Source: Candidatus Multivoradales bacterium (GTDB lineage: Bacteria > Acidobacteriota > Thermoanaerobaculia > Multivoradales > JAHEKO01). Taken from it: a stretch of 64,000 bases of DNA. The notes beneath the pieces were generated by a model. The model searched no databases and was not told the DNA's origin. It saw nothing but the letters and a program-made list of their open reading frames with translations. Both the position numbers and the translations under genes were made by a program. Location of the stretch: assembly GCA_965248055.1 (NCBI GenBank), contig CBDFIJ010000004.1, positions 1,568,001 to 1,632,000 of the forward strand. The letters run 5' to 3'. Positions 42,922 through 54,278 of the stretch are shown one piece after another. Position 1 is the first letter of the stretch. Every line of letters starts with the position of its first letter.

Positions 42922-44232
42922 TTAGACCGCCTGGCGCACAACTTCGCCGCGCGGCAAGCGACGAAACAAAATCTCTTCTAGATCGATACGCGTCTTCTCG
43001 ACTTTGACCCTAGAAACGATATCGCTGGCAAAAGCGTAGGTCAGCAGACTCCGCGCAGCGACCTCACCGATGCCACGAGACCGCAGGTAGAAAAGCGCTT
43101 GTGGGTCCAACTGACCGATGGTCGATCCGTGGGTACACTTGACGTCATCGGCAAAGATCTCCAGTTGGGGATTCGAGTTGACGATCGCCTCCTCAGAGAG
43201 CAGCAAATTTCGGTTGGTCTGCTTGGCGTCAGTTTTCTGCGCGCCCTTGTGAACAAAAATACGACCATTAAACACCGCCCGTGAACGACCCTCCATGATC
43301 CCTTTGTAGAGCTCATGGCTGGTGGTGTTGGCTTGGCAATGCTCCACCCGCATGTGGTTGTCGACCAATTGGTTGCCCTCCACCATATATAAACCGTTGA
43401 GAATCGAGTCGGCTCCCTCACCATCCAATTCAGCAACCACATCATTGCGCACCACCGCTCCACCCCAGGTAATCGCGTGAGAGGCAAAAGCGCTGGCCGT
43501 CTGCTGATGGACGTGGGTGAGACCCAGGTGATAGGCCGAGGTCGACTCCCTTTGCACCCGGTAGTGATCGACGACCGCGTTGGCATCGAGGGCAAATTCG
43601 GTCACCGGCGCGGTCAAGTATTTGCCTTCACCCACCGTCAGGTGCTGCTCCACCAAGGTCACCTGAGAACTCTCCGCTACGCGCACAAACAGGCGGGGAA
43701 AAAACGCGGTCGGTCCGGACTCGGTGACCGCCACCGAAAGAATGTAGAGCGGCTGCTCGACGACCACGCCCTTGTCCAATTCCAAGACCAAAGCATCATC
43801 GAAGAAGCTGGTGTTGAGCGCAGCAAACGGGTGCCGATCAAACTGGGCCAGCGAACCCACCGGAGTGATGCTGTCGCCCATGGTCGCCAAGCTGGCCAGC
43901 CGAACTCCCTTAGGAAGGCCGTCAATCGAAGAAAGCTCATCGGACCACCGGCCGTTGACCAACACCACCACCGGCCCGTCTGTCTCATGGTAGGGCTCAA
44001 GATCCGATTTGCTGACCGTCAGGTCAGGACTGGGAGTCGTAAATTGAGTGCGTCCAATCGAGGCAACATTGGTGAAACGCCATTCCTCCATCCGGGTGGT
44101 CGGAAGGCCCTGCGCGCGGAAACTCTCAACACCACGCTGGCGCAAGCCACGCCACGCCGCCGAGGGTGCCGAATCAACCTCAAGTTCGGCGAACGGCTTG
44201 GCCCGCTCGGCGTTCGCGGTCACTGCGGTCAT
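42922..44232 (-). CDS. sufD: Fe-S cluster assembly protein SufD
   Basis: EEWRFT, PQLEIFADDVKCTHG, FYLRSRGI. Confidence 0.96.
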   Translation of the reverse strand: MTAVTANAERAKPFAELEVDSAPSAAWRGLRQRGVESFRAQGLPTTRMEEWRFTNVASIGRTQFTTPSPDLTVSKSDLEPYHETDGPVVVLVNGRWSDELSSIDGLPKGVRLASLATMGDSITPVGSLAQFDRHPFAALNTSFFDDALVLELDKGVVVEQPLYILSVAVTESGPTAFFPRLFVRVAESSQVTLVEQHLTVGEGKYLTAPVTEFALDANAVVDHYRVQRESTSAYHLGLTHVHQQTASAFASHAITWGGAVVRNDVVAELDGEGADSILNGLYMVEGNQLVDNHMRVEHCQANTTSHELYKGIMEGRSRAVFNGRIFVHKGAQKTDAKQTNRNLLLSEEAIVNSNPQLEIFADDVKCTHGSTIGQLDPQALFYLRSRGIGEVAARSLLTYAFASDIVSRVKVEKTRIDLEEILFRRLPRGEVVRQAV

Positions 44233-44993
44233 GCGATCGCCACCTGCTTCGAAGACGCAACATCCTCGGCGTAGCCCTTCTCTTCCAACTCCAAAGCCAG
44301 CTCTTTGCCTCCGGAACGCTGTACTTTGCCCTGGACCAAGACGTGAACCACGTCTGGAACAATGTAATTGAGCAAACGCTGGTAGTGGGTGATGACAACG
44401 AATCCACGATTCTCGTTACGCAGGGTGTTGACCCCACTGGCAACGATCTTCAAAGCGTCGATGTCGAGCCCGGAATCGGTCTCATCAAGCACCGCCAACA
44501 CCGGATCCAAAACCGCCATGTGGAAGATCTCGTTACGCTTTTTCTCTCCCCCAGAAAACCCTTCGTTCACCGGTCGATTGAGGAGACTCTCGTCCATCTT
44601 GACCAAGTCCATCTTGGAGCGCACATAGGTGAGGAAGTCCATCGCGTCCAGCTCTTCTTCGTTGCGATGTTTGCGGATCGCGTTCAGCGCAGCCTTCAGG
44701 AAGTAGACGTTTGAAACACCGGGGATCTCCACCGGATACTGAAACGCCATGAAGATGCCCTCACGGGCACGCACCTCAGGATCCATGTCCAGCAGATCTT
44801 GTCCACGAAACAAGATCTCGCCTTCGGTCACTTCATACTCTTCTTTGCCTGCCAAGACATTGGCCAGCGTCGATTTACCGGACCCATTCGGCCCCATGAT
44901 CGCGTGGACTTGCCCCGGGTTAATTTTCAAGTCAACGCCGTGGAGGATCTTGATCCCCTCCACTTCGACGTGCAGATTCTTAATCTCCAGCAT
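44229..44993 (-). CDS. sufC: Fe-S cluster assembly ATPase SufC
   Basis: GPNGSGKST, FSGGEKKRNE, LDETDSGLDIDAL. Confidence 0.97.
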   Translation of the reverse strand: MLEIKNLHVEVEGIKILHGVDLKINPGQVHAIMGPNGSGKSTLANVLAGKEEYEVTEGEILFRGQDLLDMDPEVRAREGIFMAFQYPVEIPGVSNVYFLKAALNAIRKHRNEEELDAMDFLTYVRSKMDLVKMDESLLNRPVNEGFSGGEKKRNEIFHMAVLDPVLAVLDETDSGLDIDALKIVASGVNTLRNENRGFVVITHYQRLLNYIVPDVVHVLVQGKVQRSGGKELALELEEKGYAEDVASSKQVAIA

Positions 44994-45027
44994 GTGAACT
45001 CCGTAGATAGAAAAAAGACGGCGCCGA

Positions 45028-46545
45028 CTAACCGACGCTGCCTTCGAGGTTAATTTCGAGCAGCTTCTGGGCCTCCACCGCGAATTCCATCGGCAACTCG
45101 CGGAAGACCTCTTTGCAGAAACCGTTAACAATCATCGACAACGCGTCTTCGGTAGAGATACCGCGCTGGTTGCAGTAAAAGATCTGATCCTCTCCGACCT
45201 TGGAGGTGGAAGCTTCGTGCTCCATCTGGGCACTCGGGTTCTGAACATCGATGTAGGGGAAGGTGTGGGCGCCACACTGATCGCCAATCAACATCGAGTC
45301 GCACTGCGAGAAATTCCGCGCGTTGTTGGCACCACCAAGAATCTTGACCGCCCCACGATAGGTATTTTGGCCGTGACCCGCGGAGATCCCTTTCGAAACA
45401 ATGGTCGAGGTGGTATCGCTCCCCACATGAATCATTTTGGTTCCAGTGTCTGCCTGCTGGCGCCCCTTGGAAAGCGCCACCGAGTAAAACTCACCCACCG
45501 ACTGATCCCCCTTGAGGATCACACTGGGATATTTCCAGGTGATAGCAGATCCGGTCTCAACCTGGGTCCAGGAAATCTTGGCTCGTCTGCCGGCGCACAA
45601 ACCGCGCTTGGTGACGAAGTTGAAGATTCCACCCTTGCCGGTTTTTTTGTCCCCCGGATACCAGTTCTGCACCGTTGAATACTTGATTTCCGCATCTTCG
45701 GCGGCGTGCAGCTCGACCACCGCCGCGTGCAGTTGGTTTTCGTCGCGCATCGGAGCGGTACAGCCCTCGAGATAGGAAACATGGGCGTCCTTTTCCGCGA
45801 CGATCAGGGTGCGTTCAAACTGACCGGTGTTCTGCGCGTTGATACGAAAGTAGGTCGACAACTCCATCGGACAACGCACGCCCTCCGGGATGTAGACAAA
45901 CGAACCATCGGAAAACACCGCCGCATTGAGCGCCGCGAAGAAGTTGTCCTTGGCCGGTACCACCGACCCCAAGTACTTACGCACCAGGTCCGGATGCTCC
46001 CGAACCGCCTCGGAAAAGGAACAAAAGATCACCCCAGCTTCGGCCAAACGGTCACGAAACGTGGTTGCCACCGAGACGCTGTCAAAAACCGCATCTACCG
46101 CGATTCCAGCCAGCATCTCCTGCTCGTACAAAGGAATCCCGAGCTTGTTGTAGGTGTCGAGAATCTCAGGATCGATCTCATCCAAGCTCTTCGGACCATC
46201 GCCTTTCTTCTTGGGGGCCGAGTAGTAACTGATCGCTTGATAGTCGACCGGCTCATAGGTGATGTTGGCCCAGGTCGGTTCCTCCAGGGTCAACCAGTGG
46301 CGATAAGCAGATAGTCGCATTTCGAGCAGCCAGTCGGGTTCGCCTTTGATCTCGGAAAGTCGACGGATGACGTCTTCGTCCAAACCGGGTGGAAACGTGT
46401 CTTGTTCTACGTCGGTGACGAAACCGTACTTGTACTCCTCTGCCGCCTTCTCGTGCAACAGGGCTTCATCTTCACTCTGCGCTAACGGCATTGGAGCCTC
46501 TTCGGAAGCCGCCGAGGGATCGACGGTGTTGGTTTCAGTAGGCAT
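45028..46545 (-). CDS. sufB: Fe-S cluster assembly protein SufB
   Basis: [33 protein letters not shown]-terminus. Confidence 0.97.
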   Translation of the reverse strand: MPTETNTVDPSAASEEAPMPLAQSEDEALLHEKAAEEYKYGFVTDVEQDTFPPGLDEDVIRRLSEIKGEPDWLLEMRLSAYRHWLTLEEPTWANITYEPVDYQAISYYSAPKKKGDGPKSLDEIDPEILDTYNKLGIPLYEQEMLAGIAVDAVFDSVSVATTFRDRLAEAGVIFCSFSEAVREHPDLVRKYLGSVVPAKDNFFAALNAAVFSDGSFVYIPEGVRCPMELSTYFRINAQNTGQFERTLIVAEKDAHVSYLEGCTAPMRDENQLHAAVVELHAAEDAEIKYSTVQNWYPGDKKTGKGGIFNFVTKRGLCAGRRAKISWTQVETGSAITWKYPSVILKGDQSVGEFYSVALSKGRQQADTGTKMIHVGSDTTSTIVSKGISAGHGQNTYRGAVKILGGANNARNFSQCDSMLIGDQCGAHTFPYIDVQNPSAQMEHEASTSKVGEDQIFYCNQRGISTEDALSMIVNGFCKEVFRELPMEFAVEAQKLLEINLEGSVG

Positions 46546-47017
46546 AGGTCTGCTCTCCGGGAGAATGCTCTTGTGTTGATTTCTGTTGGCCAAGCTGGAG
46601 CAGTTGCGGAACGCTGTTTGCCGCCATCTCGGCGATCGACACCGAAGACAATGCCGCCTCAACAGCTGCATTGATGCGCTCCCAGTTGCCACGGATAGTG
46701 CAGTCGGCCTCGACCGCACACAAGCCTGGCGTATCGTCTACACACTCGGTCATCGCGATCGGTCCGTCGACTGCTCGAATTGCATCCCCCACCGAAACTT
46801 GCTCTGGACTGCGTGCCAGTCGGTAGCCACCATGCACCCCTCTCTCAGATTCCAGAATTCCGGCCCGCGCTAGCAGCTTCAGCACCTTGGCAACCGTCGG
46901 TTGTGGCAAATGACAAAACTCAGACAATTCGGTTGTTGTGTGCAGATCGGTGGCGGTTCCCGCCATGCCGGTCAACAGCAAGATTCCGTAATCAGCAGCT
47001 TTGGTCAATCGAATCAT
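46535..47017 (-). CDS. Rrf2-family SUF system regulator
   Basis: [22 protein letters not shown], three Cys ([12 protein letters not shown]). Confidence 0.93.
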   Translation of the reverse strand: MIRLTKAADYGILLLTGMAGTATDLHTTTELSEFCHLPQPTVAKVLKLLARAGILESERGVHGGYRLARSPEQVSVGDAIRAVDGPIAMTECVDDTPGLCAVEADCTIRGNWERINAAVEAALSSVSIAEMAANSVPQLLQLGQQKSTQEHSPGEQTYAY

Positions 47018-47087
47018 TCTTTGCTATCGAACCCTCTTTCGAGCGCCAATCAGCGCCGTCCAACGGCTCGTCGTTTCGAGAAAAAAT

Positions 47088-47115
47088 AAAGCGGACTCTT
47101 TTAGTCCTCTTTCAA
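47088..47115 (-). promoter_or_regulatory. Rrf2/IscR-type operator overlapping the suf promoter
   Basis: 25-bp inverted repeat AAAG-C-GGACT-CTTTT-AGTCC-T-CTTT, with the GACT-N5-AGTC core of IscR type-1 sites. TTGAAA -35 at 47115-47110. Confidence 0.75.
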
Positions 47116-47159
47116 GCCAAACAATAACGAGATCGACCTTTCCGGTCAAGCGATTGAGA

Positions 47160-48227
47160 TTAGGATTCTCGGCTTTTGAGCGGCCTACTTTGCGCCGGAC
47201 TTGGCCCCAACAGGATGGCGACCCAACGCATCTTAGGGGTGTGTTCAAAGATGATCTTGGCCATCCGCGTCAAAGGCACAGATAACAACATACCCAAGGG
47301 ACCCCACACCCAGCCCCAGAACAGCAAAGAGAGAAAAACCACTAGCGTAGATAACCCAAAACGTCGTCCCATCCAGCGTGGCTCGATCAGGTTACCAAGA
47401 ACCAAGTTGACGAGCAGATAACCCGCCACGACCAACAGCGCACGACCCAAGCCAAACTGAACCCAGGCCAAGATCGACGCCGGAATCGCCGCCAGAATCG
47501 ACCCCAAGGTGGGGATGAAGTTCAAGAGAAACGCAGCGAGGCCCCAAAACAAAGGAAATTCCAGACCCAATAGAGCCACCCATCCGGCAACCAGTAAACC
47601 AGTCATCGCGCTCACCACCGTCTTGATGGCGACGAAACGCTGCAACTCGCCGACGATGTCCAAGACCTGCCCTTCGCTGTAGGGCAACACCCCGAGCGCT
47701 GCCCGCAGCTTGGGACCAAATCGGTTGGACTCTGCGAGCATGAAGGCCATGGTCAAGAACACCAGCAGCAGAAAGGAAAGCAGGGTCGCAGTGCCCGACA
47801 GCAAATTACCCGCGGTGGCGGCCGCCAAGTTCACCAGCTCGCCGGGGTCCAAGGTCGCCGCGCCGAGCCATGCGCCAAAGGTACCGGTTCCGCGCAACCG
47901 ATCAAACCAGCCTCCGAACCGGAGTTGCACTTGACTGAAGTACTGCGGCGCAGAACTGGCAAACTCATTGACCGCGACCGAGGCCACCACCAAGAACAGG
48001 CCGATCGCCAACAGTGCCGCAATCAAGGTGATCGCCAGTGCCAGCCTTTCGTTGCAACGCTTTTCGGTCAGCCAGCGAAACAACGGCCAGGTGAGCAGAG
48101 TCAGTAGCGTGGCGAACAACAAAGGCAAGATGAACCCAGAAGCCGCGCGCAAACCGGCGACCACGACCACAGTGGCAGCCGCAGCGAACAGGAACCGACT
48201 GGATCGATTGCTAGAGGCTTCGTTCAT
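47160..48227 (-). CDS. AI-2E family transporter
   Basis: LLNFIPTLGS, GNLIEPR, FWGWVWGPLGMLLSVP. Confidence 0.92.
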   Translation of the reverse strand: MNEASSNRSSRFLFAAAATVVVVAGLRAASGFILPLLFATLLTLLTWPLFRWLTEKRCNERLALAITLIAALLAIGLFLVVASVAVNEFASSAPQYFSQVQLRFGGWFDRLRGTGTFGAWLGAATLDPGELVNLAAATAGNLLSGTATLLSFLLLVFLTMAFMLAESNRFGPKLRAALGVLPYSEGQVLDIVGELQRFVAIKTVVSAMTGLLVAGWVALLGLEFPLFWGLAAFLLNFIPTLGSILAAIPASILAWVQFGLGRALLVVAGYLLVNLVLGNLIEPRWMGRRFGLSTLVVFLSLLFWGWVWGPLGMLLSVPLTRMAKIIFEHTPKMRWVAILLGPSPAQSRPLKSRES

Positions 48228-48311
48228 CGGTTCAGTCTACGCTTTCGCTCGCAGCAATTCAGTTTCAAGCCTTTCTCGGACGAGACATCCTTGAAACTGA
48301 GTACTCTTGAG

Positions 48312-50288
48312 CTAAGCACTCCTAGATTGAGTACGGTGATGGCCAGCAATCAGAGCTTCCACCACTTCCGGCTCCGCCAGGGTGGTTAAGTCTCCTAGAT
48401 CTTCTGTCTCTCCAGCGGCGATCTTGCGCAAGATCCGGCGCATGATTTTCCCGGAACGCGTCTTGGGCAAACCCGGCGCCACCTGTAGGCGATCTGGGGT
48501 AGCGATCGGGCCGATCACGGTGCGCACCTGCTGGCGCAAGCCCGCGATCAAATCGGGATCATCCTTGTATTGGTCGGCAACCAAGACAAAGGCGTAGATC
48601 CCGGTTCCTTTGACTTCATGCGGATAGCCGACCACCGCGGCTTCGGCAACCGCCGGGTGGGCCACCAAGGCACTCTCGACTTCCGCGGTTCCCAAGCGAT
48701 GCCCCGAAACGTTCAGGACATCGTCGACCCTGCCGGTAATCCAGTAGTAGCCATCGGGATCTCTCCAGCAACCATCCCCGGTGAAGTAGCGACCCGGAAA
48801 TGACGAAAAATAGACCTCGTGGAAACGCTCATGGTCGCCATACAAAGTGCGCGCGATCCCCGGCCACGGACGGCGCATGCACAAATTGCCACGCACATCG
48901 TTGCCTTCCAATTCAACCCCCTCGTCATCCACCAACAACGGATCGACGCCAAACAGGGGCAGGGTCGCCGATCCGGGCTTGGCGGGCGTGGCACCGGGCA
49001 AGGGCGAAATCAGGATTCCTCCGGTCTCCGTCTGCCACCAGGTGTCAACCACCGACGCTGTCTCTTGGCCGACTACCCGGTGGTACCAGTGCCAGGTTTC
49101 TGGGTTGATCGGTTCGCCGACGGTTCCCAGGACTCGCAGTGACGATCGGTCGTGGCGCTCAACCCATTGATCGCCCTCGCGAGCAATCGCTCGCAACGCG
49201 GTGGGCGCGGTATAGAAGATCGTCACCTTGAGATCTTCCACCACCTGCCAATACCGACTGGGGTCTGGATACAGCGGGGTCGACTCAAACATGACGCTGG
49301 TGGCGCCGTTGATCAAAGGTCCGTAGACGATGTAGCTGTGACCGGTAACCCAGCCGATATCCGCGGCACAGAAATAGACATCATCTTCTTTGAGATCAAA
49401 CACCCAACGATGAGTCGCCGAGGCGAACACCGCATATCCGCCGGTCGTGTGCAGAACCCCCTTGGGCCGCCCGGTCGACCCCGAGGTATAGAGGATGAAC
49501 AACGGATCCTCAGCATCCATCATCTCGGGCTGACATTGCGAACTCTGTTCCTTCAGTTCGGCCTCCAACCAGCGGTCTCTGCCCTCAATCATGGGTACGT
49601 CGAGGTCGGTTCGGCGCACCACTAAGACTGTCTCTACCAAGTCTGTCTGTTCAAGAGCGTGGTCGACCGTCGCCTTGAGGGGGATCTTGCGACCACCGCG
49701 CAGTCCTTCATTGGCGGTGACCACCAAGCGACATTCAGCGTCTTCAATACGATCGCTCAGCGCACTGGCGGAGAAGCCAGCAAACACCACTGAATGGACA
49801 GCACCGATACGAGCGCAGGCCAGCATGGTGACCGCGAGTTCTGGGATCATCGGCAAATAGATACAAACTCGGTCGCCGCGTTTGACCCCCAGGGAGCGCA
49901 GCAAATTGGCCAGCTTGCCAACCCTTTGATGCAGTTCCCGATAGCTGATGGTCCGGTACTCGCCCGGTTCATCGGCCACCCAGATCAAGGCTGCCTTGTC
50001 GCCTCGCTGAGCTAAGTGGCGGTCCAAACAATTGCTACTGACGTTCAGGCGCCCATCACCAAACCAACTGAACTCGGCCTTCTCCATCGACCCGACAAAT
50101 CCTTGGGTGGGCGTCTTGTCCCAGTCCAAACGGCCTGCTTGCTCCAGCCAAAACTCGTCGTTGTTTTCGATAGACCGTCGATACAGCTCCCGGTAGGCGT
50201 CCAGGTTGGGGATTTCCGCCGCCGCGGCGATCTGCGCGGTGGGGTAAACGATTTGTTCACTGGTGCGGCTCAATTGATTTATCTCCAT
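48312..50288 (-). CDS. acs: Acetyl-CoA synthetase
   Basis: [31 protein letters not shown]. Confidence 0.97.
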   Translation of the reverse strand: MEINQLSRTSEQIVYPTAQIAAAAEIPNLDAYRELYRRSIENNDEFWLEQAGRLDWDKTPTQGFVGSMEKAEFSWFGDGRLNVSSNCLDRHLAQRGDKAALIWVADEPGEYRTISYRELHQRVGKLANLLRSLGVKRGDRVCIYLPMIPELAVTMLACARIGAVHSVVFAGFSASALSDRIEDAECRLVVTANEGLRGGRKIPLKATVDHALEQTDLVETVLVVRRTDLDVPMIEGRDRWLEAELKEQSSQCQPEMMDAEDPLFILYTSGSTGRPKGVLHTTGGYAVFASATHRWVFDLKEDDVYFCAADIGWVTGHSYIVYGPLINGATSVMFESTPLYPDPSRYWQVVEDLKVTIFYTAPTALRAIAREGDQWVERHDRSSLRVLGTVGEPINPETWHWYHRVVGQETASVVDTWWQTETGGILISPLPGATPAKPGSATLPLFGVDPLLVDDEGVELEGNDVRGNLCMRRPWPGIARTLYGDHERFHEVYFSSFPGRYFTGDGCWRDPDGYYWITGRVDDVLNVSGHRLGTAEVESALVAHPAVAEAAVVGYPHEVKGTGIYAFVLVADQYKDDPDLIAGLRQQVRTVIGPIATPDRLQVAPGLPKTRSGKIMRRILRKIAAGETEDLGDLTTLAEPEVVEALIAGHHRTQSRSA

Positions 50289-50354
50289 GATTTAGCTCCA
50301 CAGGGTCAAAACACAACTTTAGCCCAGCACGCCAAGGTTCGCCGGCCTGGTGGT

Positions 50355-51107
50355 TCAGTCGAAAGCCACGTTCACACCCAGATCCAAAAGCTGTTTCTCG
50401 GCTTGTTGGGCCCAACCACGGTTGGCCGCTGGACTCGCCGGGCTGGGGTGAAGAATGGAACCCACTTGGATCTGAGAGGCAGCCAGAACCTGACCGCAGC
50501 GCCGTGCGCCGAAGGCTCCAACGCCCACCACCAGACTGGGCTCCAAGACCTCCATAGCATCGCGCAGTGCGCGATCACAAGCTTCAAACAAAGGGGTCCG
50601 ATCTTGTACCCTGAGCCGGTCCGGGGTCAAGTTTCGACCGCTGGCTTCCAGAAACAGCAACGGACAGTAGTTGAGCACTAGAAAGCTACGGAAAAATTTC
50701 TCTGGGGTGGAGTGGCGGCCTTGAGCCCATCCCCAGAGCCTGCGCCCACTGACCTCGCTGCGCGGGCACTGCAAACCGGTCACCGGTCGCTTGGGATGCT
50801 CCACCGGTGGTTTGCCAATCTCAGCCGACAAGCCCATCCAATCCCGCACCGCACTCACCTCGCCAAAAGGAATCCCAGTTTGCGCCATTCCCCACGGTCC
50901 CGGATTCATCCCCACCAACACCACTTGGCCTCGACCGACAAATCGATCCAGGTAGTCGACAAACATCGGCCATGCATAGCTCAGCGGGTTGTACACCAGA
51001 TACACCGGCTCCGAGCAGGTGAGCCGATCCACTTCTTTGCGTAGCGCATCAAAAATCGGAATCAGTTGACCAGCGGACGAGCCAGGGTTTTGATAGGTTG
51101 CCGACAA
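50355..51107 (-). CDS. SMUG1-type (family 3) uracil-DNA glycosylase
   Basis: GMNPGPWGMAQTGIPFG, SEVSGRRLW, NYCPL, HPSPASP. Start uncertain. Confidence 0.92.
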   Translation of the reverse strand: MSATYQNPGSSAGQLIPIFDALRKEVDRLTCSEPVYLVYNPLSYAWPMFVDYLDRFVGRGQVVLVGMNPGPWGMAQTGIPFGEVSAVRDWMGLSAEIGKPPVEHPKRPVTGLQCPRSEVSGRRLWGWAQGRHSTPEKFFRSFLVLNYCPLLFLEASGRNLTPDRLRVQDRTPLFEACDRALRDAMEVLEPSLVVGVGAFGARRCGQVLAASQIQVGSILHPSPASPAANRGWAQQAEKQLLDLGVNVAFD

Positions 51108-51108
51108 G

Positions 51109-52575
51109 GTGAGAGTTTTACTGCGGTTTTCCAGTGATTTATGCACTAAGTCGCGGAGCACTCGGCGATATTTTCAACGGCGACTGGCAGCCAATATTCG
51201 CGATGCCATGCGCTCGACCGAACAACCGTTTTCCGTCGATCTCGGATGGAGTCGAGCCACGGTCACCTCCGACGCTCCGCAAACCATGGAAATTCTCGCA
51301 CGGATCCAGAGCATTCACTCGCTTTCGATCGTCGAACGGCATCCGTGGTCAAACTCGGAAGAGATTGTTAATACCGGGGAAAAACTGTTTCGAGACACAG
51401 TAACCGCCAAAACCTTCGCCGTGCGTGCCCGACGCTCGGGAAGCCAACGCAGCCGAATTGAATTTTCCTCCAATTTGGTCGAACGCGAACTGGGCACTCG
51501 ACTCCTGGACGCCAGTAGCGGCGTTGATCTTTCCAACCCTCAGGCGACAGTGCATATCGATATTTCACCCGGCGTCGCGGACTACTACACCGACTCACAA
51601 CCCGGCCCAGGGGGTCTACCTCTAGGGGTAGAGGGACGGGGCTTGGCTCTGGTGTCAGGCGGGTTTGACTCTGCGGTCGCCGCTTGGCTGATGCTCCGAA
51701 GAGGGGTTGCTCTGGATTACCTTTTCTTCAACCTTGGTGGTCAAGCCCACCGGCTAGGGGTGCTCAAGGTCATGGAGGTGATTGCCTCTCAATGGAGTTA
51801 CGGCAGCCAGCCAAAGCTCATCGAAGTGGACTTTCGCCCCACCGTGGTTGCTATCCAAGAACGGGTGACTCGCCGCTACTGGCAAGTGGTACTAAAGCGC
51901 TTGATGCTGCAAGCTGCGGAAAAAGTCGCCGACGCGCGAAAATTTCCGGTGCTGGTTACCGGCGAAGCGGTCGGTCAAGTCTCGTCGCAAACGATTCACA
52001 ACTTACGCGCAATCGACCACCAGCTGGAGGTCCCGGTATTGCGCCCGTTGACCACCTACAACAAGGACGAGATCGTCACTCTGTCGAGAAAAATCGGCAC
52101 CTTTGATCTCTCCTCCAAGGTTGGCGAATACTGCGCCATCCTTCCCGATCGTCCGGCCACCCGAGCAGCGGTTCCGGTGGTCGCGGAGGAAACCGGGAAG
52201 ATTCCGAGCACGGTCATTGACGATGCTCTCGATAAGCGCAAGATCTACAAGCTCCGGCAGCTGGATCCCTCGCAACTGACCTCGGGACTGGAGATCGATC
52301 ATCAGCCACCCGGAGCGATTGTCATCGACCTGCGAACGCGTCGAGAGTTCGATCGGTGGCACCTCGACGGAGCCGTCCACCTACACTTCGATCAGGCACT
52401 CGAGGCCTTTACTACCTTCGCCAGCAACCAGAGCTATCTCTGCTATTGCGATCTAAGTCTCAAGAGTGCCCATCTTGCGGAACTGATGCAGAATCACGGA
52501 ATGGATGCCCATTTCATCCGTATGAGCACCGTGCGCTCCCTGGCCAGATCGACCGCCAAAGCAGCCGTTGGATGA
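51109..52575 (+). CDS. thiI: tRNA 4-thiouridine synthase ThiI with a C-terminal rhodanese domain
   Basis: THUMP domain, GGLPLG, SGGFDS PP-loop, GQVSSQT, rhodanese tail CYCDL. Confidence 0.93.
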   Translation: MRVLLRFSSDLCTKSRSTRRYFQRRLAANIRDAMRSTEQPFSVDLGWSRATVTSDAPQTMEILARIQSIHSLSIVERHPWSNSEEIVNTGEKLFRDTVTAKTFAVRARRSGSQRSRIEFSSNLVERELGTRLLDASSGVDLSNPQATVHIDISPGVADYYTDSQPGPGGLPLGVEGRGLALVSGGFDSAVAAWLMLRRGVALDYLFFNLGGQAHRLGVLKVMEVIASQWSYGSQPKLIEVDFRPTVVAIQERVTRRYWQVVLKRLMLQAAEKVADARKFPVLVTGEAVGQVSSQTIHNLRAIDHQLEVPVLRPLTTYNKDEIVTLSRKIGTFDLSSKVGEYCAILPDRPATRAAVPVVAEETGKIPSTVIDDALDKRKIYKLRQLDPSQLTSGLEIDHQPPGAIVIDLRTRREFDRWHLDGAVHLHFDQALEAFTTFASNQSYLCYCDLSLKSAHLAELMQNHGMDAHFIRMSTVRSLARSTAKAAVG

Positions 52576-54275
52576 GCGAGCGAAGGGAGTCGGAAACGGT
52601 TACCAGTGCCTTGACCCGGGTGGCAGCCTGGGAATGGGAGCTTGAGAACGATCGCCTGCGCTTGTCAGTGTCGATCGAACGAGTTTTGGCTCTGCCCAAG
52701 CCGATCCCGATGGCCCGCGAGCAGGATTTCGTCGGCAGGCTTGACGCTAGATCCGCAGAAAAACTACGCGGTGCAATGAAACGCCTGATTCTGGAGCGCG
52801 AGCCGTTCGTATTGCTGCTCAATTTCTCGGCCGGAGGCGAGCAGCGAGAGATCGAAGTTCACGCCTTGGCGTCAGAGCGAAAAAATGGACGGGTAACTCG
52901 AGTCGGCGGAATCGCGGCGCAGGCCGGAATGCATAAGTCTCCGGTCGAAATGGCCCAGGTGCAAAACCAGATCGCTCGCTTTACCAACGCCGACACAGTC
53001 ACTGGCTTGCTCAACCGCAATGCGTTTTATCGCAAAATGGACGACCTTCTAGCCGGGCGCGACGAGGCGTCCTCAATCCTCTCGCTACGAATCGGTGAAA
53101 TGCGGCTGGTCAACGAGGCCTGCAGTTTGGATGACGGTGATGAACTGCTGAGGGAAGTCGCAGACGTGATCCGCGCTCTGACGCCCGAGGAGGCATTACT
53201 CGCCAGAACCGGCGGTGGACGCTTCTTCATCTGCCTGCCGCAGCACGCTGGCGGAGCGCGCGTGGTCGCCGAACGGGTGAGCGATGGAGTGCGCGACTAC
53301 CAGTTCGTTCGTGCAGATCAAGTTTTCTCACTCTCCGTAGCGATCGGCATCGCGACCCAGACCTCAGCTCGCGAATCAGCAGCCGAGTTAGCGGCGAGAG
53401 CTCAATCGGCAAGCCGTTTGGCGTCTTCTCACGGACGCAGCCAAATTCAGGACTACGACCCGAGCAACACCGACGTCAAACGTCACGCTGGCGACCTCGA
53501 GTGGTCGGCGAGGCTGCACGCCGCTCTAGTCGAAGGCAACTTCGTTCTCTACCAACAGCCGATCGAACCTCTGCAACCGAACAACGGGATGCGATTGGTC
53601 GAACTGCTGCTGCGGATGCGCGGACCGGATGGTGAACTGATCCTTCCAGACCGTTTCATACCGGTCGCCGAAAGGCATCAGCTGATGACCACGGTGGATC
53701 GATGGGTGGTTCGTGAAGCTCTACCGCTGCTCACACAAGTCCCGGATGACGTCGGCTTCGTGCTCAATATCTCAGGTCAGAGCCTCGGGGAAACCGGGTT
53801 TTTTTCCTTTATCGCCGATCAAATCAGCCTCAGCGATGTCAACCCGCAGAGGATCGCTTTTGAGATCACCCAGACGGCTGCGATCAGCAACTTCGAACGC
53901 GCCATTCGTTTTATTTCCATCTACCGCGGGTTGGGATGCAAGTTCCTGCTCGACGATGTTGGTAGCGGCAACAACTCTCTTTTCAACTTGCGTCGACTAC
54001 CCGTGGACATGGTCAAAATCGAAGGTTCCTTCGTCCGTGGAATGCTCAACGACAGGGTGGATGAAGTGATCGTGCGCTCAGTCCACGAGATTGCCAAGAC
54101 CAGCAACATGCTGAGCATCGCCGAGTCGGTGGAATCGAAGGCCACACTGAGCCGACTGCGAGAAATGGGAATCGACTATGCCCAGGGCTATTGGGTGGGT
54201 GAACCGGAAGAACTGACAGTCACTTCACTCGGTGAAGCACTGCGCCAATCTCGCCTACGCGTCAGTCAGGCTTAG
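52572..54275 (+). CDS. PAS-like/GGDEF/EAL protein with degenerate motifs
   Basis: DTVTGLLNR, GGGRF in place of GGDEF, ELLLRM, DDVGSG, QGY. ATG at 52572 overlaps the thiI stop. Confidence 0.88.
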   Translation: MSERRESETVTSALTRVAAWEWELENDRLRLSVSIERVLALPKPIPMAREQDFVGRLDARSAEKLRGAMKRLILEREPFVLLLNFSAGGEQREIEVHALASERKNGRVTRVGGIAAQAGMHKSPVEMAQVQNQIARFTNADTVTGLLNRNAFYRKMDDLLAGRDEASSILSLRIGEMRLVNEACSLDDGDELLREVADVIRALTPEEALLARTGGGRFFICLPQHAGGARVVAERVSDGVRDYQFVRADQVFSLSVAIGIATQTSARESAAELAARAQSASRLASSHGRSQIQDYDPSNTDVKRHAGDLEWSARLHAALVEGNFVLYQQPIEPLQPNNGMRLVELLLRMRGPDGELILPDRFIPVAERHQLMTTVDRWVVREALPLLTQVPDDVGFVLNISGQSLGETGFFSFIADQISLSDVNPQRIAFEITQTAAISNFERAIRFISIYRGLGCKFLLDDVGSGNNSLFNLRRLPVDMVKIEGSFVRGMLNDRVDEVIVRSVHEIAKTSNMLSIAESVESKATLSRLREMGIDYAQGYWVGEPEELTVTSLGEALRQSRLRVSQA

Positions 54276-54278
54276 CTG

